Shown piece after piece: positions 26,170-39,954 of a stretch of DNA of 64,000 bases. How positions within the stretch are numbered: the first letter of the stretch is position 1; every line of letters starts with the position of its first letter. The DNA comes from Octopus bimaculoides (Eukaryota), in assembly GCF_001194135.2 (NCBI RefSeq), contig NC_068999.1, positions 41,137,871 through 41,201,870 of the forward strand, given 5' to 3'. The notes beneath the pieces are model-generated. The model saw only the letters and a list, made by a program, of their open reading frames with translations. It did not search any database and was not told the origin of the DNA. The translations under genes and the position numbers were made by a program.

Positions 26170-26681
26170 GCATATGTGTGTTTGGGTGTACGCACATCTC
26201 GTTTTAAACGAAATGTTATTGCGGTGTCCATTTGATAAGATTAATTGTTTTGTCTTTGTTAAATACGATATATTCATTGATCGCCCTGGCATAATATACA
26301 GTTTGTCTTCTGACTGTGTTTGTTGCTGTGTCTGAAGTATGTCTTTCGCCTTGCGTCTCTATGTATGACTCTATAAGTGCATGTGTGTGTGTGTCTGTAA
26401 GTGGAGATAATTAGTTAGATATTTCAAGACACCTTTACAGTCATGTCTGCATACATAAATATGTAAGTATACATTATATATAAGGTTTGTATATTTATGA
26501 GGATATATGAATGTATGCATAGAAAAATGCATGCATACATATATATGTGTGTGTGTATGTGTGCACTACCCACACGTGTGTGTATAAATGTGTGTGTGTG
26601 TGTGTGTGTGTGTATTTATGCTCGTGTTTGTTCCCTACCACAGCTTGACAACCGGTATACATACATTCATACATACATGCA

Positions 26682-26717
<36 letters not shown>

Positions 26718-28004
26718 NNNNNNNNNNNNNNNNNNNNNNNNNNNNNNNNNNNNNNNNNNNNNNNNNNNNNNNNNNNNNNNNNNNNNNNNNNNNNNNNNNN
26801 NNNNNNNNNNNNNNNNNNNNNNNNNNNNNNNNNNNNNNNNNNNNNNNNNNNNNNNNNNNNNNNNNNNNNNNNNNNNNNNNNNNNNNNNNNNNNNNNNNNN
26901 NNNNNNNNNNNNNNNNNNNNNNNNNNNNNNNNNNNNNNNNNNNNNNNNNNNNNNNNNNNNNNNNNNNNNNNNNNNNNNNNNNNNNNNNNNNNNNNNNNNN
27001 NNNNNNNNNNNNNNNNNNNNNNNNNNNNNNNNNNNNNNNNNNNNNNNNNNNNNNNNNNNNNNNNNNNNNNNNNNNNNNNNNNNNNNNNNNNNNNNNNNNN
27101 NNNNNNNNNNNNNNNNNNNNNNNNNNNNNNNNNNNNNNNNNNNNNNNNNNNNNNNNNNNNNNNNNNNNNNNNNNNNNNNNNNNNNNNNNNNNNNNNNNNN
27201 NNNNNNNNNNNNNNNNNNNNNNNNNNNNNNNNNNNNNNNNNNNNNNNTATATACAAAAGCAAACAAACACACACACATATGCTATGCCTGAAAAGCTTAT
27301 TTCCGTCTCTCCTTATCGATTATATAGCGGAATGGAATATGTATTCAAAGGATTCGAGTTCGTTTCGCCGCATATCAAGCGATTTGTTTGGTTCATACAG
27401 AATAATTGACTTGAGTCAATTACTTTACCAAGATTACTCACAGACAGGTTTTTATCATCATATGAGTAAAATGCATCCTTGGTGCAATCGATTTGGCTAC
27501 CATTTCCTTTACTCCAGGAACGTGCCGTTAGTAATTACTCAGGGTAGGCAGTTGGCAACATTTATGTAGTAAAACACACATACACACACAAAAAAATTTT
27601 AATAAGCGAAACACAGGCGCGCGACTGAGATGGAGGCAGATTTACTTCTGCCTTTATAGCACGTAAAGAAAACGTTGTTGTAGGAATGTACGCAGCACGT
27701 ATAATACAGCAGTGCTCTGCGTAGTTTAAATACTGAGATTGAAAAGCAGGGACGAATTATGCCTACCTAATCTCCCAAAAAATAATATATTTTCCATTTT
27801 ATGCATTGTAATCAGAGTAATTAGCTGCATATTTTCCCATAAAAGGAAAATGTAACTATTGATCTATTTTATTCAGGGTAGGCACTGCCTACCTTGCCTA
27901 CCGAGGGGACACGGCCCTGCTTTACTCCTTTCAAATCTATTTGAATTTTCCGACAATAACGTAAAATTCATCCTGGATCCTTTCCCTCATTCCTTCTGTT
28001 CCTT

Positions 28005-28212
28005 AATAATTGTTTGCAATTTTGGGACAGGGTGAACATATCTTAAGGAGGGTGGAATCGGTTACATCGATGCTAGTATTTGATTGGTATTTATTTAATT
28101 GACTCCGAAAGGATGGAAATCAAAGTCAAATTCGGTGGAATTTATACTGAGAACGTAAAACCGAAAGAAATCCCGTTGAGCATTTTGTCCGATACGCTAA
28201 CGATGTTACCAA
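28005..28212 (-). mobile_element. SINE family A, diverged copy
   Basis: Degenerate reverse-complement match (TTACATCGATG..TGGTATTTATTT..GACTCCGAAAGGATG..AAAGTC..CGGTGGAATTT..GAGAACGT). Confidence 0.65.
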
Positions 28213-29035
28213 TTAACTAACTACCTTCATTTGTCTCGTAATACAACCACCATAGAGAGACGCGAGCTGGTATATATAACTAACAAATGTATCAGTCGAC
28301 ACAGATACTGAATGATTTAAATGAGTGTTGCTAAGAAACATTGAAATTCTGCCACTGATAAGCAACGTGTTTTGCAGAATATATTTAGATGTACCATTGC
28401 GTAGTGTATTTAACATAGCACACAATCAAGCCCGCACGCATGCCGCATGCACACACACATAGCAAGTGAATATATTGATTCACGTTGTGTAGATACATGT
28501 ATAACTGCATAGATTAATGCACAGACAGATAGACGAACGGCTAACTGAATGGATGGATGGATGGATGAATAAAAGATGGATGAACAAATTAGACATATTT
28601 TTAGAAGACAGGTAAGAAGATGTATCGACGGGCATACATTAAGACAGACAGACAGATAGACAGAAAGATTGATACATAAATAATTGATAGATAGATAAAC
28701 AGACGATAGATAGTTACATATTTAAATAAACAAACAATTTATTTATTTAGATGAAAAGAAAACAAGATAAAAACAATATCTAAAAATTATGGATTCATTT
28801 GCTTGAATATTTTCTTGAATTTAAAAACAATATGCGTTAACATTTGTAATTTTTTCTAAAATATAACATTCAATATGTTTTCGCTTAAGAAAACAAGCAT
28901 TTCTCTTTTTCTTCTCTAAATATACAAATCTTGTCAATAGAAATCTCAATGACACTCTTGTGAAGTTCATGGAACCTCTTTGGGAAAAAAAACCCGAACA
29001 TAAAACAAATTCCACACACAAAAATCACACACACG

Positions 29036-29130
<95 letters not shown>

Positions 29131-29478
29131 ACGCACGCACGCACACACGCACACACACACAAGATATAACATTGGACATCATCAATGAAGAATATTGTTT
29201 CTCAAGTTGGCATCGAGTGCGTTGAAGAATGAAGTTAAATAGGTTTTTTGTTTGTTGGTTGGATTTTTGGTTTTGTTTTCTCGACGCACTCAACATTCTC
29301 AACTCTTCTCTGAATGGCTCTCGTCTATTCTAATTGGTGACAAGTAGTTGTTGCTGAATGATATAAATGATAATACGAAATATATTTATGTTTTAGCATG
29401 TATGTATGTAGGCTGTAAATATGTATATATTATAGGTGTATATATGTTTGTTTGTATAAATATATATGTCTGAGTATA

Positions 29479-29528
<50 letters not shown>

Positions 29529-30834
29529 TGCATATACATACGAATCTGTATGTATATATGTACACATATACAAGCGTGTACATATATAGGTACATTTAAA
29601 TGTGTGCGTGTGTGTATTTGCGCGTATTTGTGTGTGTTTGTGCATGTGTTTTCTAAGATAAATAAATCACTTCGAAAATGTGTGCAGCTTAAATCCGCAA
29701 AATATTTCATTATTATGCGCATACAAAATACAAACATACACACACATAGATGGATAGATAGATAGATAGATAGATAGACATACAAACGTATAAAGCCTGG
29801 GATGAAGGTGAAAGGCAAGTGTTGTTGTGGGATACGGAGAACTTCAGAAAAATAGATGTAACATCAGCAACCGATAAGCGTAAAGAATACAATATTGGAT
29901 AGAGTTTGAAAGAAAAAAAAAATGAGTATGCTTAATTAACTTTAGAAGGACTATAATAATATATGTTTAATTAAGTTAGAGTGGTTATGTGTAGGTCGTA
30001 GGTTTAATATATATATTAACTTGAAAATATTATCTAAGATTTAAAACAAAGGGAGAATTATATTTGTAAACAGCTGTTTTTTTCAGCTATAAGATCTTTT
30101 TTATAAATGAGCCACCAGCAATGTTATAGTAATTAACTAATTATAATTTTGGCTGCTTTAATTGTAAGTTTGTGTTTTAATTAGTTAAATCACTAGTTAT
30201 ACGATAAGGTAATTTAAACTAATCCTTTTGAAATAAACATGTTTTTATGATAATCCTATCGAAAATTAATAGTAAAACGAATGGCTTGCCAAGACAGGAC
30301 TGTTTCCATTGTTGGCTGAAATTGCAATTGGTGACGGCGGAATCCAGTACTGCATGCTGGAGTTCGATGTCTAAAGACGCACCTTCCAACTAACATTGCT
30401 TGGGGACCAAAACAAAACGTGTCATAGGTGGCTCGGCTCATTTAGGAGTTAGTGGCATTCTTGTCCTTAAGAAGAGTTGGGTCCTACGGGATTACAAATT
30501 CAATGAAATACTTGAATAGAAGTCATCTCGACGTGCAATTTTATACCAGATCAGTCGTGGCCCGGATTGATAACTGCTACGTTCCTCACGAAAGGTTGGG
30601 GAAGGAGGCGAAGACATATATTCAAAGACTCCAAGACCGAAACGGGTGGAAAAAGATTGCTTAAAAAGTTCTGGTGCTTCAACAAGAAGAACGTTACGGG
30701 TACGATTTGACTTTCTTTAACCTAATTCGTCAGAACAGCATCGGATACCTTATTCATCGGAATAAAGCTATAAAGAGTGATAACTTTGTTTTGAACGAGA
30801 TTTTGTGATAAATTTGCTTATATACAATTCTCAG

Positions 30835-31090
30835 TCACATGCTTTGTGGTTAAGAAGTTCGCATTGTGACCATGTGTTTTTAGTTCCAGTGTGCAGCACT
30901 GAGAAAGGATCTCTTGTTATAGTCCCGGATTCGAACAATGCCTTGTAAGTGAATTTTTTAGACGGAAACTGTGTGGAAACCCATCGTATGTATGTGTATG
31001 TGTGTCTTTGTCTGTATGCCTGTCTTTCTCCAGCTTCGCTTAACAACTTGTCTCGGCTTGTCTACGTCACTGTAACCTAGTGGTTTGGAA
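30835..31090 (+). mobile_element. SINE family B, diverged
   Basis: TGTGGTTAAGAAGTTCGC..GCCTTGTAAGTGAATTT..AGACGGAAACTGTGTGGAAACCCATCGT-(TG-rich). Confidence 0.6.
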
Positions 31091-31789
31091 TATGTGGCTA
31101 AACCAAGCAAACCGTAAAACGTATAATCTGATATGTGGCTTTTAGTGGAAATATGAAATATTTTAAATCTGTTAAATTGCTAAAATTATAAAGAATATTT
31201 ATGGCAAAGATGTAATTGACATTTAAAGAAAGATAAAATATTGTATGAAGTAATTAAGATGGAATGTATTTAAAACAGGAATATATACGTAAGGAGGGAT
31301 CTGGACATGGGTTAAAAGCGGATGAAAACATAACAAGTAATAAATTTTATACAAACTATTGCAGTGAAGAAATAATTTCTTTTAATAAACAGGACGTCTT
31401 TAAATGTTTAATATGACCCAAAGGCTCATTCTAGTGGCCTATTAACATATAAAGGGCATATAATTTCGACAAACGCAATTTGAGAACAATTACATCTTGG
31501 GAATAAATAAAAAATTAATTTAAAATTAAAACTTCTCTTTCATTTGACTAAAAGAATAGACGATAACAAGATGGGGCTAACTATTAAATATCATAAATAA
31601 TTTGGAATGGGAAAATATTCGTAATGTAATAAACGTGATAGACTGTTGACTCATAATATTTAAATACTAATATTTCTAATGAATATGGAGATATAAAACA
31701 CTTATTCAGACAGAAATCGATTTATCTTAGAATACTATACCATCTGGAATATTTATGTGCAGATAAAAACTGATTGACTATGTTCTACA

Positions 31790-31931
<142 letters not shown>

Positions 31932-32011
31932 GATAAATAAGAGAAAGAACGTTAATCTTCGCTTAACATTATCATCATCTTAAGAAGAAGGAGAACATAG
32001 GAACAAGGCTT

Positions 32012-32150
32012 TAACTGGTACTTATTTCATCGACCCCGAAATAATGAAAGGCAAAGTCGACCTCGGCGGAATTTGAACTCAAAACGTAGCGACCGGCGAA
32101 ATACCGATAAGCATTTCATCCGGCATGTATCCATTCTGCCAGCTCGCCAC
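32012..32150 (-). mobile_element. SINE family A, head and body
   Basis: CTGGTACTTATTTCATCGACCCCGAA..GGCAAAGTCGACCTCGGCGGAATTTGAACTC..CATTCTGCCAGCTCGCC; the 5' end abuts (AAT)n. Confidence 0.85.
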
Positions 32151-32972
32151 CCTCATCAATAATAATAATAATAATAATGACAGCAGCAGCAGCAGTAGTA
32201 GTAGTAGTAGTAGTCTGTGTATTTTATATAATGTGGGTATACCGTAAGAAAGCCTGAACATTGATGCATTTGTGTTGAGAAACCAACTCGTATAGACGAA
32301 TACCGGATTGGTGTGGTTATCTTACGTTCTATCCACATTGAGTAACATACACAAATTGCTATTCTAACGGAATACTGCGTGCGTCGCTAATGACGAATAA
32401 CAGTGAAGATGATGATGATGAGGATGATGATGATATCAGCAACAACAACAACACCAACACTAGTAACAACAACAATAATAATAATAATGTGCAATGGGAA
32501 ATATTCATTTAATTAAAAAATGAAATATTTAAGTGAAGATTAGCGGCCAATTTATTAAGCATGTGGCAACACTTAATCAAAAGGTAAGGACTTTGAGGAC
32601 AATCGGATCGGATTAGTAACGTCGGTAATCCCGTATTGAACATACTCAGATCGGCATTAAAACTAAATCTTTCATATTGCCTAAAGTCTTTAATGAATTT
32701 AACTTTCAACATTAATGTTAGTGGCACCATTCGTAGAAATCTCTTCAATATTTTCTGCATAGAACAAATGCACATACACAAGGAGAAATGTGTATATAGG
32801 AACTCACATATATAAGATTTGTGAGATAAATACACAAACATATGCATACTATATACAAAGATGTTATATGTTTTCATATACATACATACTTCCCTGTATG
32901 TGTATACATGTGTGAGCGTCTGTGTAAAAACATATGCATGTATATATGCACATATATGCCTGCATTTATATA

Positions 32973-33044
<72 letters not shown>

Positions 33045-33139
33045 AAAGTGTATATATGTGTTTGTTATAAATATGTTTAGCGACAATTATAGTTTTCCTT
33101 TTTGGTAAAACATTGCACACATTTGTTTATATTAAATTA

Positions 33140-33825
33140 TAATTCATGATGTTTCAAAAGAATTTGATATCATTTGGATATCATGTGAATATCACAGAAA
33201 CTACAATATCACAGAAAACTACAAACCAAATGAAACTAAACACGCTTTATTCCTCCAGATTTGAATGAGAAATTCAAAAGGTCTGTGGATTCCATGAACG
33301 ATTTCACAAATGTTTAATATGTCCTCCGCCTGAGACACGGCACACGTCAAATCGATAGTCCAGCTCCCCCCAAACATGCTGCAGCATGTCTTGGGTAACA
33401 GTCTCCAGTGCCATAGTGATTCTCTGCTCGAGTTCCTCTAGGTTTGCAGGAAGAGGGGTGCATGGACCAGGCCCTTCAAACAGCCCCAGAGAAACAAATC
33501 GCAAGGTGTCAGGTCAGGTGAACGTGGCGGCCATTTAAACAGCACATTGTCTTAATCACCATTAAACCCCATCCATCTCCCTCGCATATTGTCATTGAGA
33601 TAAGATCGCTCAGTGAGTTTCCAGTGAGGTGGAGCCCCGTCCTGTTGAAATATGAAGTCTTCTTGTTCATTTGCAATGAGTGCGTCCATTAGCCAGTTCT
33701 GAAGCATTTGCAAATAAACATCGCCGGTCACATTTCCTTCAAAGAAGAACGGGCCATGAAGAGGCTTCTTGGAGATGGCGCAGAGACACGTGGGATGGAG
33801 AGTCACTGAGGAGGTCACATGTGTG
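33140..33825 (-). mobile_element. Tc1/mariner-superfamily (rosa/DD41D-like lineage) transposase pseudogene, 3' half
   Basis: Minus strand: CAISKKPLHGPFFFEGNVTGDVYLQMLQNWL...FIFQQDGAPPHW...GRWMG...KWPPRSPDLTPCDLFLWG, then a frameshift, then PLPANLEELEQRIT...RVSGGGHIKHL*. In-frame TAA at 33552-54. Degenerate TIR-like end (ATGATGTTTCAAAAGAATT) near 33145. Confidence 0.9.
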
Positions 33826-34013
33826 TGACGATATATTACAGACAAAGGATATGGAATAAGGGCAATATTAATAAACAAGTGGAGACCTAAAATATAGTGC
33901 GTGTGTTTATTTGGCAAGAGAAAGAAAACAATGACCATCCCGAAATATAACAAAATCTGTTTCAACAAACGATGTAATTCACATCAGAAATCTTGCAAAA
34001 CGAATTCATAATC

Positions 34014-34078
<65 letters not shown>

Positions 34079-34533
34079 CATACATACATACATACATACA
34101 GAGAGAGAGAGAGAGAGAGAGAGTGAGTATCAAAGAATTCACTATAGGCTTCTGGCTTAGTGCGTGATTATAAATACCGTTGCTTACGTCACTAACGCAG
34201 ATTACGAATCAGTTGCTAACAAATGCAAGAGACATCTATTCTCTCACTACACCTGTGTTATCTGGTCAAAAAAGTGCGTGTGCGCATGTGCATACTAAAT
34301 ATGCGTGTGTAGTGTGTTTCTATCTGCCTATTTGTGTTTAGTCAATATGTGCTGTGTAAATGGAACGTTATAAATAGAAAATCTTGGTTGGAAATTATTA
34401 GAAATGTGAATTTAATATTCATTTTCTGGAGTGGCCGAAATTTAAGATACGCACCAGGAGTGAAATAATACATGTGCATTTGTATACGCATTCATATGTA
34501 TGTGTATACAATTCATATACAACCGCATCCGCG

Positions 34534-34564
<31 letters not shown>

Positions 34565-35480
34565 CACACACGTATATATGTTTATAGATATGCATGTATA
34601 CTCGTGTTACACGTATGCAAATACATATGCTATGTGTGCCTATGCAAATACATATATTTACGCAGACCTAAACGCACGTGTGTGTGTGTATGTGTGTTTT
34701 AAAGAATATGGTGGCAGAAGAGAAATGAAATGAACCGCATTAAATTTAGCTGTAAATTTTGTATACGCTCTGCACTTCTGATTACACTGGGAGTTGCATG
34801 AATATATTGATGCAGAGAATCTGTCGACTTGCAAATTCTGAAAAGATTCCGAATTTTCTAGATTCCAGTGATTTAAACCGAATTAACTGAATGCCAGAAT
34901 TAACTAGCATAATCTTAAGATTGTTTATTAGGTCTTTTAGTATTGTGCAGAATCTAAACGCCGCGTTAAAAAGTCATACACAATGCTGGAATTAAATAGG
35001 TTTTGGTGCGGTTTCTTTCGGTGTGTGGCTATTGTTGTTTGTCGTGATTATTATTTTACGTAATCCATAAAAAAGAATATCTTTCGGGAAGTACTAAAAT
35101 ATCACAGCAAAACACTCTCTATGGAAGCACGACTTCCTATAAAGGAGAGCTTTTCTAAAGAGTTTTTCCTTTCAGGGTATGGACATATAGATAAACAGAC
35201 AGATAGATAGATAGATAGATAGACAGACAGTGACAGAGAGAGACAGATGGACGGACGGTTAGGCTAAGAAGTTCGCTTTATAACCACTTCATTTTCATTT
35301 TGGTCCTACTGCATGACGTCTTGGGCAAGTAAATGTCATGTATAATATTAATGAACCTTGCGTGTACGTTCATTGCATGTGCCGCCGGGTCTCCAACTCA
35401 CGACTTTATCATCGTGATCCGAATATGCTAACAACTAAGACACGTGCCTTCACCTTATACATAAATGTGTGTGTGTGTGT

Positions 35481-35735
35481 GTGTCTCAGTGGCTAAAGCG
35501 TCGGACTTAAAATCGTGAGGTTGTGGTTCCCGGACTGAATTGTGTGTTATGTTCTTAAGCAAGACACTTTATTTCACGTTGTTCCAGTTCACTCAGTTAT
35601 AGAAATGAGTTCAGACGTAATGCCAAGCTGTATCGGCCCTTGGCTTTCCCCTGGTCAACATTAGCGTCAGGGAAAGGTGAGGCTGGCGTGCATAGGTGAC
35701 TGTTAGTCTTCAACAAAACAAACTTACCTTCATAA
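35481..35735 (+). mobile_element. tRNA-headed SINE
   Basis: CTCAGTGGCTAAAGCGTCGGAC head, CTTAAGCAAGACACTTTATTTCACGTTGTTCCAGTTCACTCAG body. A related head lies at 6668-6855. Confidence 0.6.
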
Positions 35736-37164
35736 CAGAAGGGGGTCTTTACTCTTTATACACGAATGCGCGCGCACACACACACACAGACACATATATA
35801 TATATTATAGGGTGTTGTAGGATGTAAAACCGGAGTATTTTCGATGCAGCACTCAATCCGAGCACATAGCTATCTACACGCTCGAACCATAGCCACCAGA
35901 AGGATCGAAATTTTACTGGTTTCGAAAATTCCGATACATCACCAGAAAATACATTTTATAGGTTTTCTGAAGGGTAATAGATCATCGAAATACGAGGACG
36001 AGATATAAGTTTAGCACATCTTCAATTACCAATTATAATTGTTTCAGTAAAACTTCGTCTTTTTTTCCGAAGCAGTACCAAAACAGTTATACATGGTAAA
36101 TAAAGATGTGCTAATCTTTTTCTTCGTCTCCTGATTCGTTCAGCGCCAAGCTACATGGCTCTCTTATCATTTTTCGTAGCAATAACGTAGTGAGCGAAAG
36201 ATTTTCCATGATGTATCTGCAACAACGAAATAGGTTTTCAATGGACGTTATTGTTCATAAAATGTAGTATATATGGACATAAAATTTAAAAAATAATAAA
36301 AAAGCACAACATTTTTGCTGTTTTTGTTTGTGACAAACTCGAAGCCAACCATAGCAAAAACACTCCACACTAGCAGTAGAAATAACAAAACCGCAGAAGA
36401 GTGCTAATATTACTACTGCTCCTACTATCAAGTATACGATAACAAAAAAAATTCAACAGTAGATACGAGGCAAAGGTGAACGTTTCTTTAATTGCAGTGA
36501 GGACACCACGTAAGAAGATTTCAAAGCAGAGATTCAAACTTAAAAGAGAGCGGGGATGACATGGGATGGGAAATGATTCCGTGCTACGCAAATTTTATAG
36601 AAAACTAGAAGTGAGGTTATATGCATAGGAACACACATAGTCTTGAGTGTGTGTGTGTGTGTGTGTGTGAATATATATATATGTTCATATATATATATAT
36701 ATATATTGTGTGTCTGTTCATATATATATATTTTTTTTTTTTGTATGTGTTCATATATATGTGTCTGTGCGAGTGTGTGTATATATGTATGTTCATATAT
36801 ATATATATATATGTATATATATTGTTATATATATATTGTTATATATGCATACGGGTGTGTGTATAAACGCATATAGACGACGAAAGAGGGGAGGGAATTA
36901 AAGAAAACCAGGAATTAGGTTATCTGTACATGAGTGTGTGCAAAATAATATGTTCATATACGTGACATAATCATTTAAATATATGTAGATAAGTATGCGT
37001 ACTTACTAAAATGACGTATAAATAATATCAATGGCAATAATAAAAATAACAATAATTATGTTTTCGTATGGAAACTAATCCAAATGTAAGCAGGATTAAA
37101 ATACAATAACAGATAACAAAAATACATCAACAGCAAAGTAGCAAACAAACACACACACACACAT

Positions 37165-37211
<47 letters not shown>

Positions 37212-37661
37212 CACACANNNNNNNNNNGTAAACATCACTTTGTAAGCTAATTCCGAAATCGAGGTTTTTCGTTTCCTTTAACGTACAAGGAAATCTGTTT
37301 AAAATAACAAAAAATGTATGCATAATGTAATTTTTTTTATCTTGTACACGAACACAGAATGCTGATAAATATATTAAAACTAATACGACTATTCAAAATA
37401 CGGTGATGAGGTTGGTGATGGTGATGTTGATGATGATGATGATGATAATAACAGCAACGACAATATTGTATCTCAGTGTATTCGTATTAAAGTCAATTTG
37501 TACCGTTTTACTTTCATTTTGCAAGGTATGATTATTGGAGGTGAAATTGCGTTCGTGTTTCGGAGTGTGTAGATTCACAGAGGGACAGAAAACAGTACTG
37601 TTAATCCAGATGTATGTTTTACAATTTATACAAGACACGCGAGCACACTTACACAAAAACA

Positions 37662-37717
<56 letters not shown>

Positions 37718-37802
37718 GTCAGCTTTAAATAACCAATGAATAAACGAATAAAATTAATGGACAACAAGAGATGTATTAGCTTGACGCATGGTGAAAAGAG
37801 CG

Positions 37803-37835
37803 TTTGACGTTTCGAGCATAGCTCTTCGTCAGAAA
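37803..37835 (-). ncRNA. Penelope-type minimal hammerhead ribozyme motif, intact core
   Basis: Minus strand reads UUU CUGACGA A GAGC-UAU-GCUC GAA ACGU C AAA: full CUGANGA and GAAA core, 4-bp stem II, palindromic ACGU stem III, GUC cleavage triplet, 3-bp stem I. Confidence 0.7.
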
Positions 37836-39191
37836 GAAAAAAGGGGAAAAGTCCAAAGAAGGAAAACAAATTGACACTAGCACGTGCGCAGTTACATTGT
37901 TACATTCCTGAAGTGTGTGTGTGTGTGTGTATGTATATATATATATATATATATATACACTTTTCACCAGGAACATTTCACCACCCCCTCGTATAATCAT
38001 ATTCACACATACAAATAAATGTATAGATTTCTCGTAAATTATTACAGCACAAACTGATTTCCTTCTCCATGTACAAAAAAAATATACATCGATAGTTTTA
38101 AGTATTTTTATAGTTTCATCAGTGATCTATTATCTTTTTCGGAGAGAAGTGAAGCTCTGTCTAAAGCTTTAATATACAAAAGTTCGAAGAGAAGAGAGCT
38201 GTATTACTCTCATTTTCATAACGGTACAGGAAAATGGCTTCTTCCTACCTGGTAATGTTCTGAAAGCCCAGGGTTACTATCAGGCCATGTTATCATATAA
38301 GGGATGATTATTTGGCCGGAAGTGTCGTTCTACACCAATGAGTAACCTCCTGTAAGCAGTTGCCCACTGAATACTGGAAAACATAAAGAAACCTATGCTT
38401 GAAAGGAATATGTGAGATATCCTCTTTGCATCCGGTAAAGGCTCCTGATGTAGCCGATAAACGGTGATCATATTTACCTAGAGTCAAGATAATGATTCTA
38501 GACAATTAATTTATATATGGCTGCGTGTCCCATTCCCTCTGCACCTGTGTCCCCGTCAACCAGAAGGTGCTAACTCTCATCAAGTTAGATTTTTCTACTT
38601 TTGTTACTACATGATTAGGAAGTTAAAATACAAAATGTATAGAAAACAATGCCTCAAAACTCAACATCAACTTCGTCTGTAATTAATTCATTTACATTAA
38701 ATACGCCTTATAAGAAGGCTTGGGGATTAACCATCATATAACGAATAATTTGAGGACAATATTTTCCACATTTTGGGTAATATGTAATATTACGAAGTAA
38801 CAGCTGTGTTACTTCAATTTTATAAGATTTCATTGCGAATATATATATTAAAGAAATACATAATAATCTTTAAAACAGAAATGTTTAATAAATTATAATT
38901 AAATTAAGACAGATTTTGTAAGTGTCTATTAGTAATAATTATATGCTGTTAATGACAATGTATTTTTTATTTATCATATTACACTACAATGACGAAATCA
39001 TGTTCATAGCGCCATCAGTTAATCACAAGCACACAGTAACAAAACTTTGTGTGTCAGTCTACCTGCTTGTGACCCACGTTGGACTCCTCATTCGTATCAT
39101 TATCGAACCTGGAGCTTAACTATGATCTGTCCATTGCACTTACACAGCGTTACCTGACACATTTGGGTCTTCTTCACAACAATACCTCTCA

Positions 39192-39237
<46 letters not shown>

Positions 39238-39325
39238 GAGAATATACAAATAATAACAACAGACGAGGACAGGTGGTGTAAATAACAAAAGTATATATTA
39301 GTATGACGCTCGGGAATACGGAAAG

Positions 39326-39362
39326 TCTTTGACGTTTCGAGCTACGCTCTTCAACAGAAAGA
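39326..39362 (-). ncRNA. Penelope-type hammerhead-like motif with A6U core change
   Basis: Minus strand reads UCUUU CUGUUGA A GAGC-GUA-GCUC GAA ACGU C AAAGA, with a 5-bp stem I. Downstream flank (GAGCGTCA..CTAATA) is shared with the 37.8-kb and 11.5-kb copies. Confidence 0.6.
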
Positions 39363-39399
39363 ATACGGAGACAAGGAGAAAAACACGGAGAAAAAAAAT

Positions 39400-39486
<87 letters not shown>

Positions 39487-39874
39487 AAAAAGAGAGACGG
39501 GTGAAAGAACTAGAGAGATAGATAGCCATGTTTGTGAGTGTAGATAAGTTCTTATGCCTTGAGGTAAAACAGGAAAGAACAGGAAATTGACATCAAAGCC
39601 AGATCTTTCGTCTGCGAGATCAAGCGGTTGTCTCTGTGTATGTGCATATATGTATGTATGATACTGAGAGTATGTTACTTTGTGTGTTTGTGTGTATGTG
39701 TGTGTATTATTCTGTGTGTGTGTGTGTGTGTGTGAAATGATGAATGTGTATGAAATAAACGAGATGCATTACGGGCGAATGAGTTCTTTTGCGTTTAATC
39801 AAAGTTTGCGAAGGTGAATGTATTTAAATTTTTACATACCTATCTATGTAACTATACGTGTTCGTGTGTGTGTT

Positions 39875-39954
<80 letters not shown>

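Noticed and set aside
38280-38471. QWATAYRRLLI resembling the P-element/THAP9 QFxxAYKRLL motif
   Set aside because: The upstream SQDxLExFF and NNNP motifs are absent; a single short match is not enough.
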